From positions 1 to 39,813 of the forward strand of contig JAZNJK010000092.1 of assembly GCA_045578005.1 (NCBI GenBank): a DNA stretch of 39,813 nt, in the 5' to 3' direction. Under the pieces are notes generated by a model, which made no database searches, was not told where the DNA came from, and was given only the letters and a program-made list of their open reading frames with translations. The DNA is from Eubacteriales bacterium (lineage in GTDB: Bacteria; Bacillota; Clostridia; Oscillospirales; CAG-272). Shown here piece by piece: positions 1 to 8,804 of the stretch (positions within the stretch are counted from its first letter, which is position 1; each line of letters starts with the position of its first letter). A program made the translations under genes and the position numbers.

Positions 1-1294
1 AGGTATTAGGCATCTTTTGAATATTAAAACCGTAGCAATTAGACGAGAGAATATGATGTGGTTAAGATTACCTGAAAGAGTTTATTTTAAAAAAGGTTCG
101 TTACACACCGCAATAGAGGAACTTTGTGATCTTGGTAAAAAACGAGCATTCGTTGTTACTGACAGATTTTTATATAAAAACAGGAATGTCGATATATTGC
201 TTGATGAACTTCGAAATTTGAAAATTGAATATACCGTTTTTGACGGAGTTATACCTGATCCAACGAGCGAATGTGTTCTTAAAGGGCTTGAAGAATTAAA
301 AAGTTTCGAGGCGGATACTATTATCGCTTTTGGAGGTGGATCGGTTATTGATGCGGGGAAGGCGATATGGGCTATGTTCGAAAATCCAAATGTAAAGATT
401 GATGATGTTGCTTTGCGGTTTGCGGATATAAGAAAAAGAATTTATAAGTTGCCAAAGTTGGGGAATAAATCGTATTTTGTCGCAATTCCAACAACATCAG
501 GAACGGGTAGTGAGGTAACTCCATTTTCGGTTATAACCGATGAGAAGACTGGAATTAAGCATCCGTTAGCGGACTATGAATTGATGCCAAATATGGCAAT
601 AATAGATTCGAGTTTGAGCGCAAACGCACCAAAAGAATTGATTGTTGCATCAGGAATCGATGCTTTAACTCACGCAATAGAGTCGTATGTGTCTATTTTT
701 GCGAGTGATTATACTGACGCACTTGCCATTGGGGCGATAAAAATTATATTTGAATTTTTACCGAGATTATATAAAAACGGATCAAGGGATAAAGTAGCCT
801 GTGAAAAGATGTCTAATGCGTCTACAATTGCAGGAATAGCCTTTGCGAATGCGTTTTTAGGAGTGTGTCATTCGATGGCTCACAAACTCAGTTCTTATTA
901 TCATTTTCCACACGGAATTGCAAATGCGCTTTTGATAGAACATGTCATTAAATATAATGCCGAGAATGCTCCTTTTAAGATGGGAACTTTTTCACAGTAT
1001 TCTTATCCTATGGCAAGAGAAAAATATGCTAAAATCGCTGTAGAACTTTATTTAGAGGGTGATGACAAGGTAAGGGCCCTTTTGAATGGTATTTCACAAC
1101 TGAAAAATGAATTGGGAATAAAAAGTTCGATAAAGGATTACGGGATTGACGAAAAGGACTTTTTGGAAAAACTTGATAAGATGTCGTTAGAAGCCTTTGA
1201 TGATCAATGCACTGGTGCAAATCCGAGATATCCGTTGATTGAGGAAATAAAGGATATTTATATATCGGCATATTATGGAAAAGTCGATAAATGA
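1..1294 (+). CDS. adhE: Bifunctional aldehyde/alcohol dehydrogenase AdhE, C-terminal iron-dependent alcohol dehydrogenase half (5' end cut by the window edge)
   Basis: The frame is open from nt 2, with no in-frame stop upstream of the TTG at 17. The product matches the Fe-ADH half of E. coli AdhE as I remember it: WLRLPERVYFKKGSL, GGGSVIDAGK, TTSGTGSEVTPF, GVCHSMAHKL, FDDQCTGANPRYPLI. Confidence 0.85.
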   Translation, partial: GIRHLLNIKTVAIRRENMMWLRLPERVYFKKGSLHTAIEELCDLGKKRAFVVTDRFLYKNRNVDILLDELRNLKIEYTVFDGVIPDPTSECVLKGLEELKSFEADTIIAFGGGSVIDAGKAIWAMFENPNVKIDDVALRFADIRKRIYKLPKLGNKSYFVAIPTTSGTGSEVTPFSVITDEKTGIKHPLADYELMPNMAIIDSSLSANAPKELIVASGIDALTHAIESYVSIFASDYTDALAIGAIKIIFEFLPRLYKNGSRDKVACEKMSNASTIAGIAFANAFLGVCHSMAHKLSSYYHFPHGIANALLIEHVIKYNAENAPFKMGTFSQYSYPMAREKYAKIAVELYLEGDDKVRALLNGISQLKNELGIKSSIKDYGIDEKDFLEKLDKMSLEAFDDQCTGANPRYPLIEEIKDIYISAYYGKVDK

Positions 1295-1310
1295 ATAGGC
1301 TATAATATAA

Positions 1311-1340
1311 AAAATCTCACTGGATAGTGGGATTTTTTTT
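1311..1340 (+). terminator. Rho-independent terminator after adhE
   Basis: Hairpin AAAATCTCAC-tggata-GTGGGATTTT (one G-U pair) followed by a T-run, 17 nt after the adhE stop. Confidence 0.75.
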
Positions 1341-1347
1341 ATTTCTA

Positions 1348-1376
1348 TTGAAATGATTTGATTGTTATGTTAAAAT
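1348..1376 (+). promoter_or_regulatory. Sigma-A type promoter of the metF operon
   Basis: TTGAAA (1348-1353), 17-nt spacer, TAAAAT (1371-1376), preceded by TGt (extended -10). It lies about 30 nt upstream of the metF ATG. Confidence 0.55.
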
Positions 1377-1409
1377 TTATATATAAATAAAAAACAATAG
1401 AGGGAAAAT

Positions 1410-2276
1410 ATGAAGATAATTGATATAATTAAATCGTCAAAGCCATCACTTTCTTTTGAAGTGTTTCCGCCTAAAACAAGCGATACTTTTGATGTTATCA
1501 AGGGCGCAATAGAGCAAATTGCGAGTTTGAATCCGTCTTTTATGAGTGTTACATACGGGGCAGGTGGGGGAACGAGTGATTTTACGGTTTCTCTTGCAAA
1601 AGATGTCAAAGAAAACTTTGGAGTCACACCAATAGCACATTTGACATGTATAAACTCTACAAAAGAGGACATTCAAAATAGACTTGGATCGCTTAAAGAT
1701 GCAGGGATAGAAAATATTTTGGCGTTAAGGGGCGATATAACTCCTCAAAATAAAGATAAGATTAAGTTTGATTATAAATATGCGTCCGAACTGGTTGGCG
1801 ATATTATGCAATTTGGTGATTTTTGTATTGGCGGTGCGTGCTATCCAGAGGGACATCCCGAGGCATCTACTCAAATGGAAGATATAAGAAACTTGAAAAT
1901 AAAAGTCGATGCAGGATGCCAATTTTTAACAACTCAAATGTTTTTCGACAATAATGTGTTATATAATTATCTTTACAAGATTAGAGAGGCTGGAATCACA
2001 GTGCCTATTATTGCGGGAATAATGCCTGTTACAAATGCTAATCAAATAAAGAGAAGTTGCGCATTGTCGGGAACGGTTTTGCCACCGAGATTTAGAGCGA
2101 TTGTTGATAGATATGCGTATAATCCCGATGCTATGGCACAAGCAGGAATTGCATATGCTACCGAGCAAATAATTGATTTGTATGCTAACGGAATAAATGC
2201 GGTGCATGTATATTCTATGAATAAACCACAAATAGCAAGCAAAATAATGGAAAATATATCGGAGATATTAAAGTGA
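1410..2276 (+). CDS. metF: 5,10-methylenetetrahydrofolate reductase
   Basis: 288 aa with MTHFR motifs FEVFPPKT, SVTYGAGGGT, HLTC, ALRGD and YPEGHPEA. SD AGAGGG lies upstream of the ATG. Confidence 0.93.
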   Translation: MKIIDIIKSSKPSLSFEVFPPKTSDTFDVIKGAIEQIASLNPSFMSVTYGAGGGTSDFTVSLAKDVKENFGVTPIAHLTCINSTKEDIQNRLGSLKDAGIENILALRGDITPQNKDKIKFDYKYASELVGDIMQFGDFCIGGACYPEGHPEASTQMEDIRNLKIKVDAGCQFLTTQMFFDNNVLYNYLYKIREAGITVPIIAGIMPVTNANQIKRSCALSGTVLPPRFRAIVDRYAYNPDAMAQAGIAYATEQIIDLYANGINAVHVYSMNKPQIASKIMENISEILK

Positions 2277-2866
2277 GACAACTTCGAACAATAACCATAT
2301 CTGATTCTAAAGAATTAAATGTGGATAAGAAGGAAATTCTAAGATATTTAAGAGTGGCGAAAAGCGATTCGAATGTTGATGTGCTTGTTGAAGAATGTCT
2401 TAACAGCGCCCTTGCAATTGTTTCTCCTAAGGCGGTTGTTTTAGAAAGTGAATTCGAAATCTTAGATGAAGAGCAAGTTAAATTTGATTTTGCAACATTT
2501 AAAAGTCGCAGTTTAGTTTCCACTTTGAGCGGATACGAGAAGGCGTATGTTTTTTGCGCTACGATTGGAATCGAACTTGATAGAATGATTGAGCGATATT
2601 CTAAAATTTTGCCATCTAAAGGGGCGGTTTTACATGTTGTTGGGTCGGCGCTTATAGAGTCTTTTTGTGACCATGTGAACGGTATATTGGTTGATGGAAA
2701 GAATTCTACTCGTAGATTTTCTCCGGGGTATGGAGATTTATCGCTTGAATATCAAAGAGATATTATAAAATTTCTTGATGCAGAGAGAAAAATTGGAATA
2801 ATTCTTGCAGATTCACTGTTGATGACTCCATCAAAGAGCGTTACTGCAATTATAGGTGTAAAATAA
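2273..2866 (+). CDS. Stand-alone methionine synthase reactivation (AdoMet-binding, Met_synt_B12-like) domain protein
   Basis: GTG start overlaps the metF stop (GTGA at 2273-2276). RFSPGYGDLSLEYQRDI...LLMTPSKSVTAIIG resembles the RPAPGYP...FAMWPGASVSG segment of the E. coli MetH C-terminal domain. Its stop overlaps the metH ATG (TAATG). Confidence 0.75.
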   Translation: MRQLRTITISDSKELNVDKKEILRYLRVAKSDSNVDVLVEECLNSALAIVSPKAVVLESEFEILDEEQVKFDFATFKSRSLVSTLSGYEKAYVFCATIGIELDRMIERYSKILPSKGAVLHVVGSALIESFCDHVNGILVDGKNSTRRFSPGYGDLSLEYQRDIIKFLDAERKIGIILADSLLMTPSKSVTAIIGVK

Positions 2867-5226
2867 TGGATATTTTATCGAAACTAAAAAAGGAATATTT
2901 GTTTTTTGACGGTGGCATGGGCACTCTTTTACAGGAAAAAGGACTTATGCCCGGAGAAATTCCAGAGGAATGGAATTCGACTCATTCGAAAGAGATAACC
3001 GAAATTCACCGTGCGTATCTTGAAGCGGGTGCGAATGTTATAACAACAAATACATTTGGCGCAAATCCGCTTAAAATAGATAATGTTGAAGAAGTGGTTG
3101 GTGCTGCAATTCAAAATGCAAAAAATGCAATTTATAAAGAAGATCAATATATTGCCCTTGATATAGGGCCGACGGGAAAACTACTTAAACCGCTTGGAGA
3201 TCTTGATTTTGAAGATGCAGTATCTGCATTCGCAAGAACTGTTAGGGCAGGTGCGTCAAGTTGCGATTTGATAATCATTGAAACAATGAACGATCCGTAT
3301 GAGTTGAAGGCTGCTATTATTGCTGCGAAAGAAAATTCTTCATTACCCATCTTTGCGACATTCGTATTAGATGAAAAAGGAAAGACGATGACGGGTTGCG
3401 ATGTTGATTCTATGGTTGCAACATTGGAGGCGCTTGGGGTTAGCGCACTTGGCGTTAACTGCTCGCTTGGATCAAGAGAACTCAAAAAATTCATTCCTCG
3501 TATTTTGGAAAGATCATCATTGCCCGTAATTGTTAATCCTAATGCGGGAATGCCGTGTATTTGCGACGGAAAAACATGTTATGATAGCACAAGTGATGAT
3601 TTTTGCGATAATATGATTGAAATCGCGCAAATGGGCGCAAGGATTCTTGGTGGATGTTGTGGAACGACTCCTGAATATATTGGCAAGGTTGTTAATGCTT
3701 TAAAAGGAAAAGAGCCTAAACCGATAGAAGAGAAAAAAATTACTGTGTTATCTTCATTTTCAAAGGCGTGCACACTTGATGAAAGAGTTATTCTTATAGG
3801 AGAAAGAATAAATCCAACGGGAAAGCCCAAATTGAAAAACGCTTTAAGAGAAAATAATATAAATTATCTCTTGAATGAGGCGATAGCGCAGGAAGAGAAT
3901 GGAGCGCACATGCTTGATGTCAATGTGGGGTTACCTGAAATTGACGAAAAGGAAATGCTTGTTCAAGCGGTTAAAGAAATACAGTCCGTAACATCGTTAC
4001 CGTTACAAATCGACACTTCTAACTCTGTGGCGTTGGAAGCATCAATGAGAATATACAACGGAAAGCCACTTGTAAATTCGGTGAACGGAAAAGTGGAAAG
4101 TATGGATGCGGTTTTCCCACTTGTTAAAAAATATGGTGGAGCAGTAATTGCGCTTACTTTAGATGAAAACGGAATACCGAGCACCGCTATTGGAAGATAT
4201 GAGATTGCCAAAAAAATAGTAGACAAAGCAAAAGAATACGGTATAGACAAAAAGGATATAATTGTTGATCCTTTGTGCCTTACTGTTAGTTCGGATGCCA
4301 ACGCTCCTCGTGTCACATTGGAGTCTATCAAACTTATAAAAGAGAAGATAGGTGTTAAAGTTTCCTTGGGAATTTCTAATGTATCTTTCGGTTTGCCAAA
4401 TAGGGATTATGTTACATCAACATTCTTTGCTCTTGCCATGCAAAACGGACTTGATGCGGTTATTATGAATCCTTTTTCGAAGGAAATGATGAAGGTATAC
4501 CGCTCTTATAATGCTCTTATGGGAATAGATGATGCCTGTAAGGAGTATATAGAGTTTGCATCGGAACAACAGTCAAATGAAACAAAAAATGATGTCAAGG
4601 CTGATGTGACACTGTATGACGCTATTATCAAAGGATTAAAGGGTGAGGCAAAAAGCATCACTCAATCGTTAATTATAGATACTCCCCCCCTTGAAATCGT
4701 AAATAATATGATAATTCCCGCACTTGATACAGTTGGAAAAAACTACGAAAGCGGAGTGTCATTTTTGCCACAACTTTTGATAAGTGCCGAAACCGCTAAT
4801 GTCGCTTTTGACATTATAAAAGAAAAAATACCATCATCGGAAACTTCCGACAAGGGCGGATTTATTATCGCTACCGTAAAAGGAGATATTCACGATATTG
4901 GCAAAAATATTGTAAAGGTTATTTTGCAAAATTACGGATACAGGGTCCACGATTTAGGCAAAGATGTATCGGCTGATGATGTTTTGTCCGAGGTTAAGAA
5001 AACTGGTATTAAGTTGGTCGGCCTTTCGGCGCTCATGACAACAACTGTTCCTGCAATGGAGAAAACTATCAAACTTTTAAAGGAATATGATCCAAACATA
5101 AAAGTTGTAGTTGGCGGTGCGGTCCTTACACCTGAGTATGCCGAAATGATAAATGCCGACAAATATGCCAAGGATGCTATGGAAACAGTTAGATATGCAC
5201 AAGAATTTTATAAGGTAGGAGAATAA
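2866..5226 (+). CDS. metH: Cobalamin-dependent methionine synthase lacking a fused reactivation domain (Hcy-binding + pterin-binding + B12-binding modules)
   Basis: Zinc-ligand cysteine contexts GVNCSLG and GGCCGTTP. Pterin module LIGERINPTG and LDVNVG. B12 motif DxHxxG (GDIHDIGKN). The ORF ends right after the B12 Rossmann module (786 aa). Confidence 0.93.
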   Translation: MDILSKLKKEYLFFDGGMGTLLQEKGLMPGEIPEEWNSTHSKEITEIHRAYLEAGANVITTNTFGANPLKIDNVEEVVGAAIQNAKNAIYKEDQYIALDIGPTGKLLKPLGDLDFEDAVSAFARTVRAGASSCDLIIIETMNDPYELKAAIIAAKENSSLPIFATFVLDEKGKTMTGCDVDSMVATLEALGVSALGVNCSLGSRELKKFIPRILERSSLPVIVNPNAGMPCICDGKTCYDSTSDDFCDNMIEIAQMGARILGGCCGTTPEYIGKVVNALKGKEPKPIEEKKITVLSSFSKACTLDERVILIGERINPTGKPKLKNALRENNINYLLNEAIAQEENGAHMLDVNVGLPEIDEKEMLVQAVKEIQSVTSLPLQIDTSNSVALEASMRIYNGKPLVNSVNGKVESMDAVFPLVKKYGGAVIALTLDENGIPSTAIGRYEIAKKIVDKAKEYGIDKKDIIVDPLCLTVSSDANAPRVTLESIKLIKEKIGVKVSLGISNVSFGLPNRDYVTSTFFALAMQNGLDAVIMNPFSKEMMKVYRSYNALMGIDDACKEYIEFASEQQSNETKNDVKADVTLYDAIIKGLKGEAKSITQSLIIDTPPLEIVNNMIIPALDTVGKNYESGVSFLPQLLISAETANVAFDIIKEKIPSSETSDKGGFIIATVKGDIHDIGKNIVKVILQNYGYRVHDLGKDVSADDVLSEVKKTGIKLVGLSALMTTTVPAMEKTIKLLKEYDPNIKVVVGGAVLTPEYAEMINADKYAKDAMETVRYAQEFYKVGE

Positions 5227-5227
5227 T

Positions 5228-5524
5228 ATGGAAAAGTTTTGTATATGTGTAATTTATACCGCTAAATCACAAAAGGACGCAAAAGAGTTTATATTGGAAC
5301 TTGCAAGAGAAGGTATAATAGAAAAAATACGCGAAGAAGACGGATGTTTGAAGTATGAATATTTTCTATCGCTCGATAATCCGTCATGTGTTGTGCTATA
5401 TGAAGAATGGCGTGAGAAAAGTTGCCAACAGGTTCATATGACTCGAGAACATATGAAAACCGCCATGGAAATTAAAGGCAAATATATAGAAAATGTTGAA
5501 ATAAAAGAAGTTTTCTTCAAATAA
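5228..5524 (+). CDS. Antibiotic-biosynthesis-monooxygenase (ABM, ferredoxin-like) domain protein
   Basis: 98 aa, a size and pattern typical of ABM/quinol monooxygenase-like proteins (CLKYEYF...VVLYEEWREKSCQQVHMTREHMK). SD GGAG upstream. It starts 2 nt after the metH stop. Confidence 0.6.
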   Translation: MEKFCICVIYTAKSQKDAKEFILELAREGIIEKIREEDGCLKYEYFLSLDNPSCVVLYEEWREKSCQQVHMTREHMKTAMEIKGKYIENVEIKEVFFK

Positions 5525-5525
5525 G

Positions 5526-5558
5526 TCAAAAGACAAGGCACTGTGCCTTGTCTTTTGA
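5526..5558. terminator. Bidirectional hairpin terminator between the convergent met operon and rarA
   Basis: Perfect inverted repeat TCAAAAGACAAGGCAC-t-GTGCCTTGTCTTTTGA followed by a T-run on the + strand. It abuts the rarA stop at 5560. Confidence 0.8.
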
Positions 5559-5559
5559 T

Positions 5560-6786
5560 TTATTTTTTTATGTTGTCCCAATATGCTTTTGCTAACTGTT
5601 CAGTTTTGTTATCTCCGTAAGAGTAGTAAACAGAGTTTTTGATATCGTCGGGTAAATATTGTTGCTTTACCCAATGAGACGGGTAGTCGTGCGGATATTT
5701 ATAGCCTTTAAAAAGAGGTGCTTGAAGGTGTAAAGGAATTGTGTTTCCTTTGCCTGAATGAATATCATTGGTTGCGGAGTTTATTGCCATATATGCAGAA
5801 TTTGATTTTGGTGCAGTTGCAAGCATTATAGCACAGTTAGCGAGTGGAATTCTCGCCTCGGGAAGTCCAAGTTCCCTTGCAGAACAGCAAAGAGCGTATG
5901 TGATTTGTGCGGCTTGAGGGTAGGCGAGTCCAATGTCCTCGGATGCAATTACTTGAAGTCGTCTACATGCAGAGATAATGTCTCCACCTTCAAGAAGTTT
6001 TGCAAGATAGAATACGGCGGCATTTGGGTCGGAACCTCTGATGGATTTTTGAAGACCCGATAGTAGATTATAATGCACATCGTCACTACGATCAAATGCG
6101 CCTGCCGATACACTTGGAATGAAACTTTCCGCAATTTCACGAGTGATTATATCATCACTTGCATAAAAAGCACCTTCGAGAAGAGTAAGCGCATGTCTAA
6201 CATCTCCTCCAGCGCATGATGCGAGATATTCAACTGCATCAGGAGAATAAGTTTTTGATGTAGAATTATCCTCGTTCATTACATCAATTGCACGAACTAA
6301 AACGGGAACTATTTCTTTTGGATTTACTCGTTTAAATTCAAACACAGAACAACGGGAAATAAGCGCATCATATATGTAAAAATATGGATTTTCGGTCGTT
6401 GATGCTATAAGAGTAACTCTTCCGTCCTCGATGTATTCAAGAAGCGACTGCTGTTGCTTTTTGTTAAAGTATTGAATTTCGTCAAGATATAGCAAGATTC
6501 CGTTTGATGAAAAAACGGAACTCGATTGAGCAATTACATCTTTTACATCGGAAAGAGAGGCGGTAGTTGCGTTTAGCCTGTAAAGTTCCATTCCCGAATT
6601 TTTGGCAATTATGTTGGCAACAGTTGTTTTTCCTGTGCCTGGAGGGCCGAAGAAAATCATATTTGTTATTCTTCCTGAGCCAACCATTTTTCTAATAACT
6701 CCATTTTGAGAGATTAAATGAGATTGTCCTGCGATTTCATCAAAACTTGAGGGTCTCAATTTGTCTGCGAGTGGCTGATTAGTCAT
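5560..6786 (-). CDS. rarA: Replication-associated recombination protein A (AAA+ ATPase, MgsA/RarA)
   Basis: 408 aa. N-terminal PLADKLRP, Walker A GPPGTGKTT, Walker B LYLDEIQYFNKKQQ. MgsA C-terminal region RGSDPNAAVFYLAKLLEGGD and EDIGLA. Confidence 0.93.
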   Translation of the reverse strand: MTNQPLADKLRPSSFDEIAGQSHLISQNGVIRKMVGSGRITNMIFFGPPGTGKTTVANIIAKNSGMELYRLNATTASLSDVKDVIAQSSSVFSSNGILLYLDEIQYFNKKQQQSLLEYIEDGRVTLIASTTENPYFYIYDALISRCSVFEFKRVNPKEIVPVLVRAIDVMNEDNSTSKTYSPDAVEYLASCAGGDVRHALTLLEGAFYASDDIITREIAESFIPSVSAGAFDRSDDVHYNLLSGLQKSIRGSDPNAAVFYLAKLLEGGDIISACRRLQVIASEDIGLAYPQAAQITYALCCSARELGLPEARIPLANCAIMLATAPKSNSAYMAINSATNDIHSGKGNTIPLHLQAPLFKGYKYPHDYPSHWVKQQYLPDDIKNSVYYSYGDNKTEQLAKAYWDNIKK

Positions 6787-6965
6787 AAATTCACCTCACA
6801 TAAGATACTACGCTTTATTTTATCATAGATTTTGCGAAAAATCAATATAAATATACTATGATTTTTGGATAAATAAACTCTTTATTCATTTAGCGATTTG
6901 CCGATAGGAGAAGTGGTCGAATTTGAAATATATTTTTGATATAAAATCGCAGAGGGAGAAGCGCT

Positions 6966-7550
6966 ATGGGTGAAAAAATTGGTGGGATTGCAATACTTTT
7001 CACATTATTGACGGTTTCGTCATCGCCGTATCCGCTTATTTTGATTTTGTGTTATGTGATTCACGAGGGTGGGCATATATTTTTTGCCAAAATTTGCGGA
7101 GTTAAACTGCGAAAATTTAAAATAAATTCCTTTCGACTCAAAATTTCCTATGATTTTGAAAGTGTTTCTTATAAGAAAGAATTACTTGTTTCTCTCGGTG
7201 GAATAATTTTTAATTTTGTATTTTTAATGTTTCCTTTGGCTTTTGATTTTAGAAAAAGCGAAGGCATTGTTTTCTATATCTTATGTAACGCATCATTGGC
7301 ACTTATGAATTTATATCCCGTTTCAAATCTTGATGGTGGTAGGGCGTTAAAGTGTATATTACTATTGATTTGCAGTGAAGATAAAGCATCGAAAATTTAC
7401 AATAAAATTTCCGCTTTTGCGGTAGGAATACTTTGGGTTTTTGCCGTATATTTACAGTTGGTTTTTGACTCAAATATATCATTATTTTTCATTTCGGTCT
7501 TTTTGCTCGTTCAAATTTGCTTTTCAAGTGAAAAAATATGCAAAAAATAG
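6966..7550 (+). CDS. Minimal site-2 protease family (peptidase M50) membrane metalloprotease
   Basis: 194 aa, polytopic. HExxH in a TM helix (VIHEGGHIFFAK) and a second S2P motif NLYPVSNLDGGR. No PDZ or CBS domain. Confidence 0.75.
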   Translation: MGEKIGGIAILFTLLTVSSSPYPLILILCYVIHEGGHIFFAKICGVKLRKFKINSFRLKISYDFESVSYKKELLVSLGGIIFNFVFLMFPLAFDFRKSEGIVFYILCNASLALMNLYPVSNLDGGRALKCILLLICSEDKASKIYNKISAFAVGILWVFAVYLQLVFDSNISLFFISVFLLVQICFSSEKICKK

Positions 7551-7570
7551 AATATTTTTTTAAATAACTA

Positions 7571-7599
7571 TTGCACATTACTTTATAATTTGTTATAAT
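7571..7599 (+). promoter_or_regulatory. Sigma-A type promoter of the pot operon
   Basis: TTGCAC (7571-7576), 17-nt spacer, TATAAT (7594-7599) preceded by TGt. It leaves a leader of roughly 70 nt before potA. Confidence 0.55.
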
Positions 7600-7678
7600 T
7601 CTATTGATCTGCATGTAAGGACGAAAAAAGAGGATTTTTGTTTTTGTAGGTCGAATCTGCGAAAGAACGGGGATAGAA

Positions 7679-8800
7679 ATGAACGAAAAAAAGATCATTG
7701 AGTTAAAAGGCGTTGGTAAGTCCTTTGACGGCGAGATAATACTTGACAGTATAGATCTTAATGTTTACGAGAAGGAATTTATCACATTGCTCGGTCCGTC
7801 CGGTTGTGGAAAGACAACTACACTAAGAATTATAGCGGGATTTGTCACTCCAGACTGTGGCGAGGTAATGTTTGACGGTGAATTGATTAACGATCTACCG
7901 CCATACAAACGCTCGGTAAATACTGTGTTCCAAAAATACGCATTATTTCCGCATCTTAATGTTTATGAAAACATTGCTTTTGCTCTTCGATTGAAAAAAG
8001 TATCTGAAGAAGAAATTTATGAACGCGTAGAAGAAATGCTCACTATGGTAAACCTTAAAGGTTTTGAGAAAAGAGATGTCAATTTGTTATCAGGCGGACA
8101 GCAACAAAGAGTTGCTATTGCAAGAGCGTTGATTAACAAACCGCGTGTTTTGTTACTTGACGAACCTTTGGGAGCGCTTGACCTCAAACTTCGTAAGGAT
8201 ATGCAAAATGAGCTTAAAAATATACAAAGAAAAACAGGCATTACTTTTATTTATGTAACTCACGACCAAGAGGAAGCGCTTAGCATGTCCGATACAGTCG
8301 TTGTAATGGCGGACGGAAAGATTCAACAAATTGGCACTCCTACCGATATTTATAATGAGCCGGAAAATGCTTTTGTTGCTGATTTTATTGGAGAGAGTAA
8401 CATAATTGACGGCGTAATGCTTGATGACTATAAAGTTAGATTTTCAGGACAGGAGTTTGAATGTCTCGATAAAGGATTTGATAAAAACGAGTCTATCGAT
8501 GTTGTAATCCGTCCAGAAGATGTAGATGTTGTTTCTCCCGAGAAGGGAATGCTTTGCGGAATTGTAGATTCGGTTACATTCAAAGGCGTTCACTATGAGA
8601 TTATCGTTACCATCAATAATTTTAAGTGGATGATACAATCTACCGATTATGTTGCACCCGCGCAAAAAATTGGGCTATACATTGAGCCTGATGCTATTCA
8701 CATAATGAAAAAATCTGAATACTCAAATATGTTTGGCGATTACTCATCCTTCAGTGATGAACTTGAAAAGTTATCCGATATTACCGAGGAGGAAGAGTAA
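7679..8800 (+). CDS. potA: Spermidine/putrescine ABC transporter ATP-binding protein
   Basis: Walker [10 protein letters not shown], signature [15 protein letters not shown], Walker [13 protein letters not shown]-terminal TOBE-like regulatory domain. It is followed by potB and potC/D homologs. Confidence 0.92.
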   Translation: MNEKKIIELKGVGKSFDGEIILDSIDLNVYEKEFITLLGPSGCGKTTTLRIIAGFVTPDCGEVMFDGELINDLPPYKRSVNTVFQKYALFPHLNVYENIAFALRLKKVSEEEIYERVEEMLTMVNLKGFEKRDVNLLSGGQQQRVAIARALINKPRVLLLDEPLGALDLKLRKDMQNELKNIQRKTGITFIYVTHDQEEALSMSDTVVVMADGKIQQIGTPTDIYNEPENAFVADFIGESNIIDGVMLDDYKVRFSGQEFECLDKGFDKNESIDVVIRPEDVDVVSPEKGMLCGIVDSVTFKGVHYEIIVTINNFKWMIQSTDYVAPAQKIGLYIEPDAIHIMKKSEYSNMFGDYSSFSDELEKLSDITEEEE

Positions 8801-8804
8801 GAGA

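Noticed and set aside
17-1294. Reading the first gene as a complete stand-alone iron alcohol dehydrogenase starting at the TTG at 17 (or the ATG at 53/56).
   Set aside because: The frame stays open to the window edge. The residues before the ADH core look like the AdhE inter-domain linker, and the similarity is to the AdhE C-terminal half. A truncated adhE is more likely, although a stand-alone ADH starting at the MMWLRLPE methionines cannot be fully excluded.
1295-1409. Expected an S-box/SAM or T-box riboswitch upstream of metF.
   Set aside because: The interval is filled by the adhE terminator and a promoter. The remaining leader of about 30 nt is too short, and no conserved riboswitch cores are visible.
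4684-4690. C7 homopolymer inside metH (encoding TPPL), unusual in AT-rich DNA and a possible slippage or phase-variation tract.
   Set aside because: It is in frame in a housekeeping gene, the tract is short, and no alternative downstream frame makes sense. It is most likely just Pro-Pro codons.
8733-8804. Longer N-terminal extension of potB. Similar track-reported extensions occur at 12701, 13418, 14683, 15315, 19332, 19544, 22061, 23036, 25144, 35200 and 39684.
   Set aside because: Each extension lacks an SD and/or overlaps the upstream gene or promoter. In every case an internal start with a well-spaced SD gives a family-typical N-terminus.
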